Shown here: positions 11,038-22,055 of the stretch, piece by piece
How the letters are laid out: every line of letters begins with the position of its first letter
Position numbering within the stretch: the first letter of the stretch is position 1
NCBI GenBank assembly: GCA_034439575.1
Contig: JAWXAQ010000033.1
Span: 260,967-324,966 of the forward strand
Direction: 5' to 3'
DNA length: 64,000 nucleotides
Source of the DNA: Leptospira sp.
Lineage (GTDB): Bacteria; Spirochaetota; Leptospiria; Leptospirales; Leptospiraceae
Made by a program: the position numbers and the translations under genes
The notes under the pieces: model-generated
Database searches by the model: none
What the model was told of the DNA's origin: nothing
The model's input: the letters and a program-made list of their open reading frames with translations, nothing else

Positions 11038-11511
11038 TTGCCGAAGAAAGAAAGATCGATTAACAAGATTTGGTTTTGAGTAAGGGCACATTCAGTTTGT
11101 TAGTTGTATTAGTATTTTTTGATTATAAGCAAATCCAATTTCTGAAGGATGCAATGATAGATTGGTGGAGGCGGTTGCGTAGGGTGTTTTAGTGTATTGC
11201 GTATAACATACCCAAAAAATATAAAATAGTTTCTCATCCAATACTCAGTGGACTTTATCAAATTTACATCTGTGAAAAAGTCGCTTATGTAAAATTTAAT
11301 TTTTGTTATGCCGGGAAGTCTCTGCATATGGGGAAGTATTTCTTATGTAAGAAAATACGAATCTTTAGAAAAATTGGTTCCATTTCGTTAGTAAAATTGT
11401 GATATAACGCTTGGTTTGCGAGTGACATTGGAATATTAATTTTATTATTTCGCTAAAACTTCTGTCTTAACAAACAAAACATCTGTGATTATAGTTTTTA
11501 CGAGCCTCAGT

Positions 11512-12078
11512 TCAATCTACTTTCTCTATATCTCCCGAAGGTGATTCTCGAGTCAGATAATCCATTATCCATTCCTGTTTTTTTTCATCGAAATGAAAAC
11601 CTATGTTTAATAATTTTCCATTGTCTACTCGAATAAAATAGTCTTGAATATTTTCATATTCTAATGCATTAGATGAGACTAAATTCCTATTCTTAGGATG
11701 AAGAGCCTTTAATACTTCATCGAGAGGAAAGCATTTCAATAGGCCATTCTTATCATTAAAGGAGTAGCTATATCCATATTTGTATTCACCTTTTTCACAT
11801 AAAAAACTGTCATTGTTCGGTGGCCTCGGAACTCTGAGTAAAGGCTCTATGGACTTTTCTTTTATCATTTGTAACTTTAAACGATTCACGAAACTCAGAA
11901 ACGATTCTTTCATTTTTATTTTTTCTTCGCGCGAGGGTGGGTTTCCATAAGTCAACAATTCTTTATTTTGTGATGTCGATGATATTCTTTCCCCATTTAT
12001 AATATCTTTACCATCATCTTCCTTCTGACAATTTACAAAGATAAATATGAGAAAAATCACAAATAAAAATTTATTCAT
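11512..12078 (-). CDS. Hypothetical lipoprotein, candidate immunity protein
   Basis: MNKFLFVIFLIFIFVN-C signal peptide II/lipobox; ATGA overlap with upstream peptidase-like ORF. Confidence 0.7.
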   Translation of the reverse strand: MNKFLFVIFLIFIFVNCQKEDDGKDIINGERISSTSQNKELLTYGNPPSREEKIKMKESFLSFVNRLKLQMIKEKSIEPLLRVPRPPNNDSFLCEKGEYKYGYSYSFNDKNGLLKCFPLDEVLKALHPKNRNLVSSNALEYENIQDYFIRVDNGKLLNIGFHFDEKKQEWIMDYLTRESPSGDIEKVD

Positions 12079-12674
12079 GATTCTGTTCCAGATGCCATTT
12101 TCTTTTTTGTTAAATAGAAATGTAAATGATCGTAATGACCTTTTTCTGATCTAATTATCTTTAATCCTTTTGGCATATTCTTACGAATTTCATTATACAA
12201 TTCTGTATCATTGAATAATACATTCAACTCATAATCGTCTGGTAATTGGGATGCAGCTCGTCGGATTAATTCAATGGTTTTTTCTCGAGGGTAGGTTGAA
12301 TTTTTATCATTCCACATTTCTCCTGGGAAAGGGATTGTATCATTCTTTGATGGATATTTTTTATCTAGTTCCATCACTGTCATATATGTATCGTGCCAAT
12401 TAGTATCCGCACCTTTCGGAAAACTATGATCATTTTTATTCATGGTTCGACCAATCGGTAGGGAATCCTGAATCCTATGAATGAACTCTTCAAAAGTCGG
12501 TGTTACATACTGATGAAACTCTCCGGTATTACTATAAATTTTAAGATTTGGATGTGTAGCTAATGTTGTAACAAGTGTGCCGTTCTCACATTTAATTGAT
12601 TCAGTCGATACAACTTTACGCTTACATTCGATTTTACTATATGTCTTTTTGGCATTATTTAAGTTATCTTCCAT
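12075..12674 (-). CDS. LAS-type (MepA-like) Zn metallopeptidase domain, candidate peptidoglycan-hydrolysing toxin C-terminus
   Basis: H-x6-D (HSFPKGAD), VLFND, and GHYDHLHFYL (HxH) in LAS order; frame open 30 codons further upstream to 12764. Confidence 0.6.
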   Translation of the reverse strand: MEDNLNNAKKTYSKIECKRKVVSTESIKCENGTLVTTLATHPNLKIYSNTGEFHQYVTPTFEEFIHRIQDSLPIGRTMNKNDHSFPKGADTNWHDTYMTVMELDKKYPSKNDTIPFPGEMWNDKNSTYPREKTIELIRRAASQLPDDYELNVLFNDTELYNEIRKNMPKGLKIIRSEKGHYDHLHFYLTKKKMASGTES

Positions 12675-12715
12675 TTCTTTTTGAGTCTTTATTACGTAGG
12701 AAGAATCGTTTCCAC

Positions 12716-13196
12716 CTAATCTGCTTCCTTTCTTCTGTGTACTGATATCTTTTGAATATTTTCGTTATAAAATTGAGCAGACTGATCTATTTTGGTCTGC
12801 TCTTGTAACTTATTTTCTTGATTTATCATATCTAATCTTAATTGTTCCGTAATGTTTTTAACTTTTACATCTTTCGGAAAGTTTTCATATTTAGACTTAA
12901 ATTCAGTTTCAGAAACTAGATTAACATATTCACCTTCCCGAAACAGAGTCGAAAATTCATTTTTAAACTTTTCAATTGATCTATCAACTTTGCCGATGCT
13001 TTTGGATCACCTAAGGCTTCGAATACGATAGCACTTTGTCCATTTTTTACATTAATTTAAAAAAAGTATCAATGCCATTGCTAATAAATTGTCTTTTTTC
13101 GGCTGGCTTTACTGTTTTAGTTATGTTATTCATCTGCTTCGGTGGTTTTTTTAAAATATCAGATTGCTTCATGATTCTTTCATAAATTCTTTGCAC
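12716..13196 (-). pseudogene. Frameshifted remnant, probably the N-terminal part of the gene ending at 12075
   Basis: Overlapping stop-free frames 13196-13047, 13056-12916 and 13006-12716 tile into the peptidase frame (open from 12764); junctions near A/T runs. Confidence 0.5.
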
Positions 13197-13294
13197 CTAA
13201 TCACACTTGATCGTACCTTACAAAGAACTATTCTTCAAATGCTTTCTCATTCATAATAATTCTTAAATTTTTAAATTTTGCTCCTCTCAAGCAT

Positions 13295-13325
13295 AAAAAA
13301 AGCCCAGGATTTCTCCCAGGCTTTT
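13295..13325 (-). terminator. Rho-independent terminator of groESL
   Basis: Minus strand AAAAGCCTGGGA-GAAA-TCCTGGGCTTTTTTT downstream of the groEL stop. Confidence 0.85.
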
Positions 13326-13372
13326 GGATCGTTTGGTCTGAAAACAGACGTTAGATGTTTCGGAATTCCGAA

Positions 13373-15043
<1,671 letters not shown>

Positions 15044-15046
15044 TTA

Positions 15047-15337
15047 TTATTTGGAAACGACTGCAAGAATGTCGCTTTCACGAATGATAAGGTAGTCTTT
15101 GCCACCTTGTTTAATTTCAGTTCCGGAATATTTTCCGTAGAGAACGATATCGCCCACTTTTACTTCAAGAGGAATGAGTTTTCCGTCTTCGTATTTTCCT
15201 TGTCCCACTGCCGTTACTTTTCCTTCTTGAGGTTTTTCTTTTGCAGTATCTGGTACAATGATGGATCCGATTTTTTCTTCAGCCTCGTTCTTAGGCTCAA
15301 CAACCACTCTATCTCCCAACGGTTTGATCGATGACAT
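15047..15337 (-). CDS. groES: Co-chaperonin GroES
   Basis: [46 protein letters not shown]. Confidence 0.98.
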   Translation of the reverse strand: MSSIKPLGDRVVVEPKNEAEEKIGSIIVPDTAKEKPQEGKVTAVGQGKYEDGKLIPLEVKVGDIVLYGKYSGTEIKQGGKDYLIIRESDILAVVSK

Positions 15338-15378
15338 AGGTTAGTCTCCTTTATCTAATTATTTCTAGTATTTTGAAA

Positions 15379-15405
15379 TTAGCACACTTTCAAAAAGAGT
15401 GCTAA
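15379..15405 (-). promoter_or_regulatory. CIRCE element (HrcA operator) 1
   Basis: Minus strand TTAGCACTC-N9-GTGTGCTAA, one mismatch to consensus, in the groES leader. Confidence 0.92.
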
Positions 15406-15416
15406 ATCTAAATACC

Positions 15417-15445
15417 AGGGTAGGAGAGTGGTCGTTTTTGGTCAA
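15417..15445 (-). promoter_or_regulatory. Sigma70-type promoter of groESL
   Basis: TTGACC (15445-40), 17-nt spacer, TACCCT (15422-17), lying between the two CIRCEs. Confidence 0.6.
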
Positions 15446-15469
15446 GCACTTGAGTGCTTAGAGTGCTAA
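15443..15469 (-). promoter_or_regulatory. CIRCE element (HrcA operator) 2
   Basis: Minus strand TTAGCACTC-TAAGCACTC-AAGTGCTTG; overlaps the upstream stop codon and the -35 box. Confidence 0.75.
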
Positions 15470-17061
15470 AATCCGAAAAGCCCTGTCTTTTTACGGCGTG
15501 TTGTTTTGGTAGTAGAGATCCCGAGCATTCCCAAAAGTCCTCGCGTGACCTCTTTGGCAACGGTCCTTCCCACTTCTCTGGCCAATGGATTTTTGGACAA
15601 TGTTTCGACAAAACTTGGGTCTTCTTTTTCTGCCTTTCGCTTTTCTCTTTTTTCGGATTTTCCTTTTTCTTCGATTTCGGCTTCTTCTTCGCCTTCCGCT
15701 ATGCTATCAATTTTATTAGAAAGAATTTCGTAAGCTGAATCCCTATCGATTGCTTTTGCGTATTTTTCAACAAGTTTTGATTTTGAAATCAAATCAGCCA
15801 ATTCCTCTTTGGAAAGGATGTCCATACGCGAGCTAGGTGGTGCAAGCATTGTACGAACTAGGGGAGTAGGAACACCTTTTTGATTTAGAGCTGTTATAAA
15901 TGCTTCACCAATTCCAAGTTTGGTGATCTCTTCATCCACATCATAAAATTCTGTTGTAGGATAATTTTCCGCCGCTTGTTTGATCGCTTTTCTATCATTG
16001 GCAGTAAAGGCACGCAAAGCATGTTGTACTTTTAATCCGAGTTGGGCAAGGATCTGTGGTGGAACATCGGTTGGTGATTGTGTGCAGAAAAAGATTCCCA
16101 CACCCTTAGAACGAATCAGTCGCACCATAGATTCGATTTGATTGATTAATTCTTTGGAAGCTTCATCAAAAACAAGATGCGCTTCATCAATAAAGATCGC
16201 AAGTTTCGGAGCTTCGATATCGCCTTCTTCTGGAAAATTACCATAAATTTCGGTAAGTAGGCTTAGCATAAAGGTAGAGAACAATCTCGGCTTTGATTGA
16301 ATGTCTGTTAAACGAATAATATTGATGGTTCCATACCCGTTTTTACTTGTTTTTAACAAATCCTCAACCTCAAAGGATGGTTCTCCAAAAAAGGCTTCTG
16401 CGCCTTGGCCTTCCAATTCTATAATTTTACGCAATATTGTTGATGTGGATGTGGAAGAGATCGAGCCGTATTCTTTTTCGATTTCTTCTTGGCCTTCGTT
16501 TGTGAGGTATTGTAAGGCTTTTTTGATGTCTTTGAGATCAAGAAGGGGTATGCCTTTGTCATCACAATATTTGAATACAAGCGCTATGACACCACTTTGC
16601 GTTTCATTTAAGCCCAAAATTCTTGAAAACAAAACTGGTCCAAATTCTGTAACTGTGGCAAGAAGCCTAGCACCAGATTCATTGGAAAGGCTAAGGAATT
16701 CCACAGGAAAACCTTCATTTTTCCATTCAATTCCTAAGTCATTGGCTCTCTTTTTAATTACATCTTTTTCTTCGCCTTCTTTGGCAATTCCAGAAAGGTC
16801 GCCCTTGATATCCATAAGTAACACTGGAATTCCTGCGCGAGATAGATTTTCGGTTAACAATTGTAATGTTTTTGTTTTTCCTGTTCCTGTGGCTCCTGCG
16901 ATCAGTCCGTGACGGTTAAGCGTAGAAAGTGGAATTTGAATTTTCGCCTCTTTTTCTACCTGATCCCCAAGCATTCCTGCACCTAAGAAAATTGATTTTG
17001 TTTTAGATTCATAACCTGACTTAATGTGCTCGAGAAATTCGGAAGAAACTTTTTTGGACAT
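15466..17061 (-). CDS. HerA-like ATPase, DUF853/YjgR family
   Basis: NRHGLIAGATGTGKTKTLQ, DIKGDLSG, FIDEAHL, LIRSKGVGIFFCTQSP, QHALRAFT. Confidence 0.9.
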   Translation of the reverse strand: MSKKVSSEFLEHIKSGYESKTKSIFLGAGMLGDQVEKEAKIQIPLSTLNRHGLIAGATGTGKTKTLQLLTENLSRAGIPVLLMDIKGDLSGIAKEGEEKDVIKKRANDLGIEWKNEGFPVEFLSLSNESGARLLATVTEFGPVLFSRILGLNETQSGVIALVFKYCDDKGIPLLDLKDIKKALQYLTNEGQEEIEKEYGSISSTSTSTILRKIIELEGQGAEAFFGEPSFEVEDLLKTSKNGYGTINIIRLTDIQSKPRLFSTFMLSLLTEIYGNFPEEGDIEAPKLAIFIDEAHLVFDEASKELINQIESMVRLIRSKGVGIFFCTQSPTDVPPQILAQLGLKVQHALRAFTANDRKAIKQAAENYPTTEFYDVDEEITKLGIGEAFITALNQKGVPTPLVRTMLAPPSSRMDILSKEELADLISKSKLVEKYAKAIDRDSAYEILSNKIDSIAEGEEEAEIEEKGKSEKREKRKAEKEDPSFVETLSKNPLAREVGRTVAKEVTRGLLGMLGISTTKTTRRKKTGLFGF

Positions 17062-17201
17062 TTTTTTGTTTACCTTATGTTACGAAACACTTTCATCTTT
17101 TAGGACTCACAATGGCAAGCAAAGATCAAATGGATATTGGTAAAATTAAAAGATTGATTTCCTTTCTGTTTATATTCTGATATAGGAGTTCTCCTTATAT
17201 A

Positions 17202-19622
17202 ATGAATCGAATTATAAATCAAAAAAATATCTATAAGTATGGCGCTTTCATAATCTTTAGCGTCTGTTTGGTCAATTTTAATACATGTAAAAAAACCGAT
17301 AAAGTCGAAAACAAAATAGAAATTTCAAGTCCTGGTATTTTGGATTTGAGTGGATTAAATTTTGATTTGATAGAACCGTTTCCGCTCGCTGGTCAATGGG
17401 ATGCATTTCCAGGTCTTTTACCTTCCACTCCAGAAGAGTTTTTAGCTCTCGATAACCAAACTCCAGTTTCACTAAAAATTCCTGGTTATTGGGTAAATCA
17501 AAATTTGCCTGCAAATGGTTATGTGACTTATAGGCTTAAACTTAAAGTTACAGAGCCTGGCAACTTAATGTTATATTTGCGAGAGGCATCTTCTGCTTAT
17601 AAGATCTTTGTATGGAGTAAGGAAAGAGGATTAAACGAATTAGGTAGTGCTGGAAAACTTTCAAAAACCAAAGAAGATAGCATTGGTTATTATTCGCAAA
17701 CAGCAAAGGCTTTCCGCGTTTTTCCTGGGAGTATCATTTTTTTTCAAGTATCAAATTATCTTTATTCCAGGGGCGGAGCTTACTATAGCCCGATCTTAGG
17801 TGGATCAGAGAAAACCTTGATTTATTTACGCGACAAGGAAAGAAAAAAGTTCTTTTTTGTAGGTGTATTTTTTTTACTTTTTCTTTATCATTTACTTTTG
17901 TTTATACATAGAGTTAAAGATAAGTTTACCTTATTTTATTCTTTAATGTGCCTTGCTTGGTTTGTTCGAATTTTATTGTTTGAGCGTGTAACAAGAAATT
18001 GGTTTGAGCCTTCGGATTTTATGGAGATGAGTCAAATTAGGTTAGAATATTTAGCATTTATAACTTTGCAAATTTTCTCTCTGCAGTTCTTTTATCAGTT
18101 CTTTTCTCCCTATATAAAATACAAAATCAAAAATATTTTCCTAATACCTTTACTTGTAATATTTGCATTAACTTTAGTTACACCTTACTCGTTCTATACA
18201 AATTTTTTACAAGTCACGCAAGTTTATATGATGGTTCTTTTGTTGTATTCATATTACGCAGTATTCAAATACCTTCAATCAAAAGACACTCGTTATTCTG
18301 GCACAGTGTTTTTGATTGGCACTTCGGCGATTCTCTTTACGACGATATTTGATTCTATTATCTTCTTAAAACGATTGGATTTACCATTTTTGACAGATTT
18401 TGGGTTCACATTTTATTCTATTTGTTTAGCGGTTGTTATCTCTAGCCGAAATTCACATGCATGGGAAACGGCTGAATATCTTACTTTAAATTTAAGAAAC
18501 GAAGTGGATTGGAAAACGATTGAACTCAGAAAAGAAAAAGAAAAAGCCGAAAAAGCAAGTGAGTTAAAGGACAAGTTTATCTCCATTGTTTCGCATGACA
18601 TCAGATCACCTCTATTTGGTATTTCCTCCGTCATGAACCTGTTAACTGAAACTCCACCCAGCATGACACCTGATCGCGCACAAAAAGTTTTAAACGATGC
18701 GGCTGTTGGATTAAAAAATCTCCTTTCGATGGTAGAAGATCTAATCCAGTATTCACGGTTCCAAAATGCTACCATATTTCCTGATTATCAATTATTTGAT
18801 TTCTATCAGTTGTTAGACTCTCTGTATGAGAAGGCAAAACCTATAATTGATGTTAAAAATATTAAATTCGAAATGAATGTGCAAGAATCTAGTATTGGTA
18901 TCGGTGACCCACATTTGATCCAACACTTGATTTGGAATCTTTTAACAAATGCATTCAAATTCACTTCTCCTAAAGGTGTTGTCAATGTGACTGTCCTTGA
19001 AAAGGAAAACCGATGGCAAGTGATAGTTACAGATAATGGTATAGGATTTCCAGACACATGGGCTACGAATTTACTGAATGAAGGCTTTCAGTATTTAAGA
19101 AAAGGAACTGCGGATGAAATAGGAGCTGGTGTCGGTCTTGCATTTTGCAAAGAAGTATGTGAAAGGCATGGTGGTGAAATCCTCGCTGAATCCAAAGAAG
19201 GTGAGGGCTCTAAGTTCACTTTCATATTACCAAATTATGATAAAGTGGTTATGGTATTGGATGACAATCCAGGTTATAGAAGCCAACTCAGAAAAATTTT
19301 AAGAAAAGTACCTGTTGTTATTTGGGAAGAAGAATTTGCGGATCATGCGCTCCGTTCGATCACAAAACTAAAACCAGATCTGATCATAGTGGATTTTTCT
19401 ATGCCTGATAAAGATGGTCTGACTTTTTTGCATGAACTCTATGCCAATCCTGATATGTCAGAAATCAAATCCATTATGTTATCGAGTTCCCAAACTGATC
19501 CGAGAACTGGCAAAAAATTAGAATTGGATCTTTTACAAGCAGGGGGGGATGCTTTTTTCCGAAAAAGTATTTCCGAAGAGAGATTGCTTGTGGAAATACA
19601 AAAACTATTGAAGTTAAATTAA
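17202..19622 (+). CDS. Hybrid sensor histidine kinase (periplasmic domain + 7TM + HisKA/HATPase + receiver)
   Basis: FISIVSHDIRSPL H-box, NLLTNAFKF, DNGIG, GAGVGL, C-terminal receiver VLDD...IVDFSMP. Confidence 0.92.
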   Translation: MNRIINQKNIYKYGAFIIFSVCLVNFNTCKKTDKVENKIEISSPGILDLSGLNFDLIEPFPLAGQWDAFPGLLPSTPEEFLALDNQTPVSLKIPGYWVNQNLPANGYVTYRLKLKVTEPGNLMLYLREASSAYKIFVWSKERGLNELGSAGKLSKTKEDSIGYYSQTAKAFRVFPGSIIFFQVSNYLYSRGGAYYSPILGGSEKTLIYLRDKERKKFFFVGVFFLLFLYHLLLFIHRVKDKFTLFYSLMCLAWFVRILLFERVTRNWFEPSDFMEMSQIRLEYLAFITLQIFSLQFFYQFFSPYIKYKIKNIFLIPLLVIFALTLVTPYSFYTNFLQVTQVYMMVLLLYSYYAVFKYLQSKDTRYSGTVFLIGTSAILFTTIFDSIIFLKRLDLPFLTDFGFTFYSICLAVVISSRNSHAWETAEYLTLNLRNEVDWKTIELRKEKEKAEKASELKDKFISIVSHDIRSPLFGISSVMNLLTETPPSMTPDRAQKVLNDAAVGLKNLLSMVEDLIQYSRFQNATIFPDYQLFDFYQLLDSLYEKAKPIIDVKNIKFEMNVQESSIGIGDPHLIQHLIWNLLTNAFKFTSPKGVVNVTVLEKENRWQVIVTDNGIGFPDTWATNLLNEGFQYLRKGTADEIGAGVGLAFCKEVCERHGGEILAESKEGEGSKFTFILPNYDKVVMVLDDNPGYRSQLRKILRKVPVVIWEEEFADHALRSITKLKPDLIIVDFSMPDKDGLTFLHELYANPDMSEIKSIMLSSSQTDPRTGKKLELDLLQAGGDAFFRKSISEERLLVEIQKLLKLN

Positions 19623-20234
19623 CATCTGTTCTTTGGCGCGGCCGATCAATTCAGCTACTGTTTTAGCCGTAAATCTATCTTTTAATCTACCAACATGGTA
19701 TTCGACAGTTCTTTTAGATAAACCAATATCAGTTCCAATTTCTTGGTAAGTTTTTCCCTGTCCAAGCAGTGTCAAAATTTGTTTTTCTTTTTTATTGGCG
19801 ACTTTGCCATCTTGTGGTTTTCGATTAAATGATAACTTTAAATTTTTTGAATATACAGTTTTTCCAAGAGCTATATCATTTAGATTTTTTGTCAGACTAG
19901 ATAAATCATCCGATTTCAAAAGATACCCATCAACACCAGCTTCAATGGCTGAATGAACGATGGCTTGCTCATCTAACATAGTTAATGTGACTACTTTAAG
20001 TTTCGGGAATTTTTTTTTCCATTCCTTCACTTGGTTGAGTACGTTTTCACCAGGGATTCGTAGATCCAATAACATAAAATCTGGATTTTTTTCTGTTAAT
20101 AGGGCTTCAATTTGCGAAGCGTGTTCCGCTTCTCCTACGACTTCAAAATCATTAGAGGAATTGACTACGTGTTTGACACCGACTCGTGTGACTGCATGGT
20201 CTTCAACTAGAATCACCGTTTTCTTTTGGTCCAT
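19614..20234 (-). CDS. NarL/FixJ family response regulator
   Basis: ILVEDH, LLDLRIPG, GYLLK; LuxR-type HTH TYQEIG..IGLSKRTVEYHV. Confidence 0.92.
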   Translation of the reverse strand: MDQKKTVILVEDHAVTRVGVKHVVNSSNDFEVVGEAEHASQIEALLTEKNPDFMLLDLRIPGENVLNQVKEWKKKFPKLKVVTLTMLDEQAIVHSAIEAGVDGYLLKSDDLSSLTKNLNDIALGKTVYSKNLKLSFNRKPQDGKVANKKEKQILTLLGQGKTYQEIGTDIGLSKRTVEYHVGRLKDRFTAKTVAELIGRAKEQMLI

Positions 20235-20450
20235 ACGCTTTCCTCTCCGGATACAGTCTTCAGATTTTACATATCTCCTAGATTTTGTAGAAATTCATAG
20301 TACTTCTCCGCTTTATCCAAATAAATTTTTTATGACGAAAATAGGAAAATTTTTGGCTTCGGTATTTTCTATGAATAGGGGGACGGATGCTTTTTTCTCT
20401 TGCCAAATGGAGAAAAAATCACAATTTCATACGGAAAACCAGGAGTTTTG

Positions 20451-20921
20451 ATGAATCCCAAAGTCGAGAGCCTTAAAAAAATATATCTCTTCCGCACTCT
20501 AAACCAAGATGAAATCTTGCATATCTCTGAAAAAGTTCAAGATATACACCTTCCTCCTCGCAATGTTCTATATGACATTGGGGAAGAGGCCGCTTCTATG
20601 TACATTGTCAAATATGGAACCTTACAAATATCAACTGCGACGAACCAAGGAGACGATGTGAACTTAGTCACTTTGGGCGAAGGGGATCATTTTGGAGAAT
20701 TGCCTTTCTTTGATGAAGAAAGAAGATCAGCGAAGGTCGAGGCTCTGGAAAATTGTGAACTTTACGAATTGAAATACAATGATTTGCAAGAAATGTTCAC
20801 CAAAAACAGAGAAATGGAAACTAAATTCTATAAAGAAGTGACCCATTATTATATCAAAAGACTACGAAAATTGACAAACGATCTAGCGTATGCTCGAGAA
20901 TTGAGAAAACGATTTGCTTAA
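20451..20921 (+). CDS. Stand-alone cyclic-nucleotide-binding domain protein
   Basis: MYIVKYG, LGEGDHFGELPFF...RSAKVEA; AGGAG SD before ATG 20451. Confidence 0.88.
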   Translation: MNPKVESLKKIYLFRTLNQDEILHISEKVQDIHLPPRNVLYDIGEEAASMYIVKYGTLQISTATNQGDDVNLVTLGEGDHFGELPFFDEERRSAKVEALENCELYELKYNDLQEMFTKNREMETKFYKEVTHYYIKRLRKLTNDLAYARELRKRFA

Positions 20922-21071
20922 AGAAGCATAAAAATTAAGAAATTTTGAAGCATTTATAGCTTTTTGATGCTGATTGTATAAAAAACTCATTCCTTTTGCT
21001 GAATCTATTTAATACAGCTAAGGAATGGGCTTGACTTACCGATAATCAGTTTAGGCAGGGAGAAGGAATGC

Positions 21072-21299
21072 ATGGTGGACCCCGAAATCCTAACCGAGAA
21101 GATCGTTACTCAAAATAAGACCTTTCTCGTGGATTTAAAGAAAAACCAAGCTGGCTTTTACCTGAAAGTGTCGGAATGGTCGAATAGCAAAAAGTCTTCG
21201 ATTTTTCTTCCTGCTGAGGGAATCGATCGAATGATCGAAATCTTGTATAAATTCAAAAGCCAAATATCCGATAATGATATTACCAAGGACCCGGTTTAG
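21072..21299 (+). CDS. PUR-family (PurA/DUF3276) ss-nucleic-acid-binding protein
   Basis: KTFLVDLKKNQAGFYLKVSE...KSSIFLP matches a single PUR repeat. Confidence 0.75.
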   Translation: MVDPEILTEKIVTQNKTFLVDLKKNQAGFYLKVSEWSNSKKSSIFLPAEGIDRMIEILYKFKSQISDNDITKDPV

Positions 21300-21320
21300 A
21301 GCCTTTTAGGAGTGAGTTTC

Positions 21321-22034
21321 ATGGGGAAAATAGGAATGACCAAACTGATGTTAGGCCTCTTCCTTTCAATAGGAATGTTGTATGCGCAGGCGGATGGTCC
21401 TGGCGGACAACCAGCGGCAGCTAACGACGAGGATAGCCCTCTAAGAAAAATCATCTTGGATGATTTTGAAGAAGCAGAGGATTGGCGAGTAAAATCGACA
21501 ACTCCGCTCGGAGAGACTAAAACACTTAAGCTCGTTCAACGTGGGCTTATGAAAGATGTTTTTGATGAAAAAACTGTGCCGGATAACGGTGGAGACAAAA
21601 TCGAAAAAAATCATATTTTGGGAGTAAAGACATTCTTTGCTGCAAAAGGATTTGATCGTGTTGAACTCTATCCCCCACATGAATTTGTCATTAAAGGAAA
21701 AGTGCGCCAAATCTCGGTTTGGGTTCTCGGTCGTAAATACCGACACACTTTATTCGCAAAATTCCGTGATTACAAAGATATAACACATAATGTTCGTCTT
21801 GGTAAACTAGATTTTTTCGGATGGAGAAAACTGACTGCTACTATCCCTGGATACATTCCGCAAAGTACGCGTTATGCATTATTAGATAAAAACTTACATT
21901 TCGTATCGTTGTTTGTAACTTCCGATAACCACGAAGTGGCAGGCGATTTCTATTTCTATGTTGATGATTTGCAAGTTCGTGCAGATCGTTCGGAATCGAA
22001 ATACCCTGGTTCGGAAATCAAGGACAATTGGTAA
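21321..22034 (+). CDS. flaA2: Flagellar filament sheath protein FlaA2
   Basis: Signal peptide, [33 protein letters not shown]; shorter upstream member of the FlaA pair; AGGAG SD. Confidence 0.85.
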   Translation: MGKIGMTKLMLGLFLSIGMLYAQADGPGGQPAAANDEDSPLRKIILDDFEEAEDWRVKSTTPLGETKTLKLVQRGLMKDVFDEKTVPDNGGDKIEKNHILGVKTFFAAKGFDRVELYPPHEFVIKGKVRQISVWVLGRKYRHTLFAKFRDYKDITHNVRLGKLDFFGWRKLTATIPGYIPQSTRYALLDKNLHFVSLFVTSDNHEVAGDFYFYVDDLQVRADRSESKYPGSEIKDNW

Positions 22035-22055
22035 AAAGGGCATAAGGTATTCATA

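Noticed and set aside
10882-11327. Small minus-strand ORFs 10882-11091 and 11109-11327
   Set aside because: No recognisable motifs or SD; the first runs through the palindromic element and overlaps the PP2C gene
15466-17061. HerA-like ATPase as an anti-phage (e.g. SIR2-HerA) component
   Set aside because: Motifs match the widespread DUF853/YjgR family and no nuclease or SIR2 partner is adjacent
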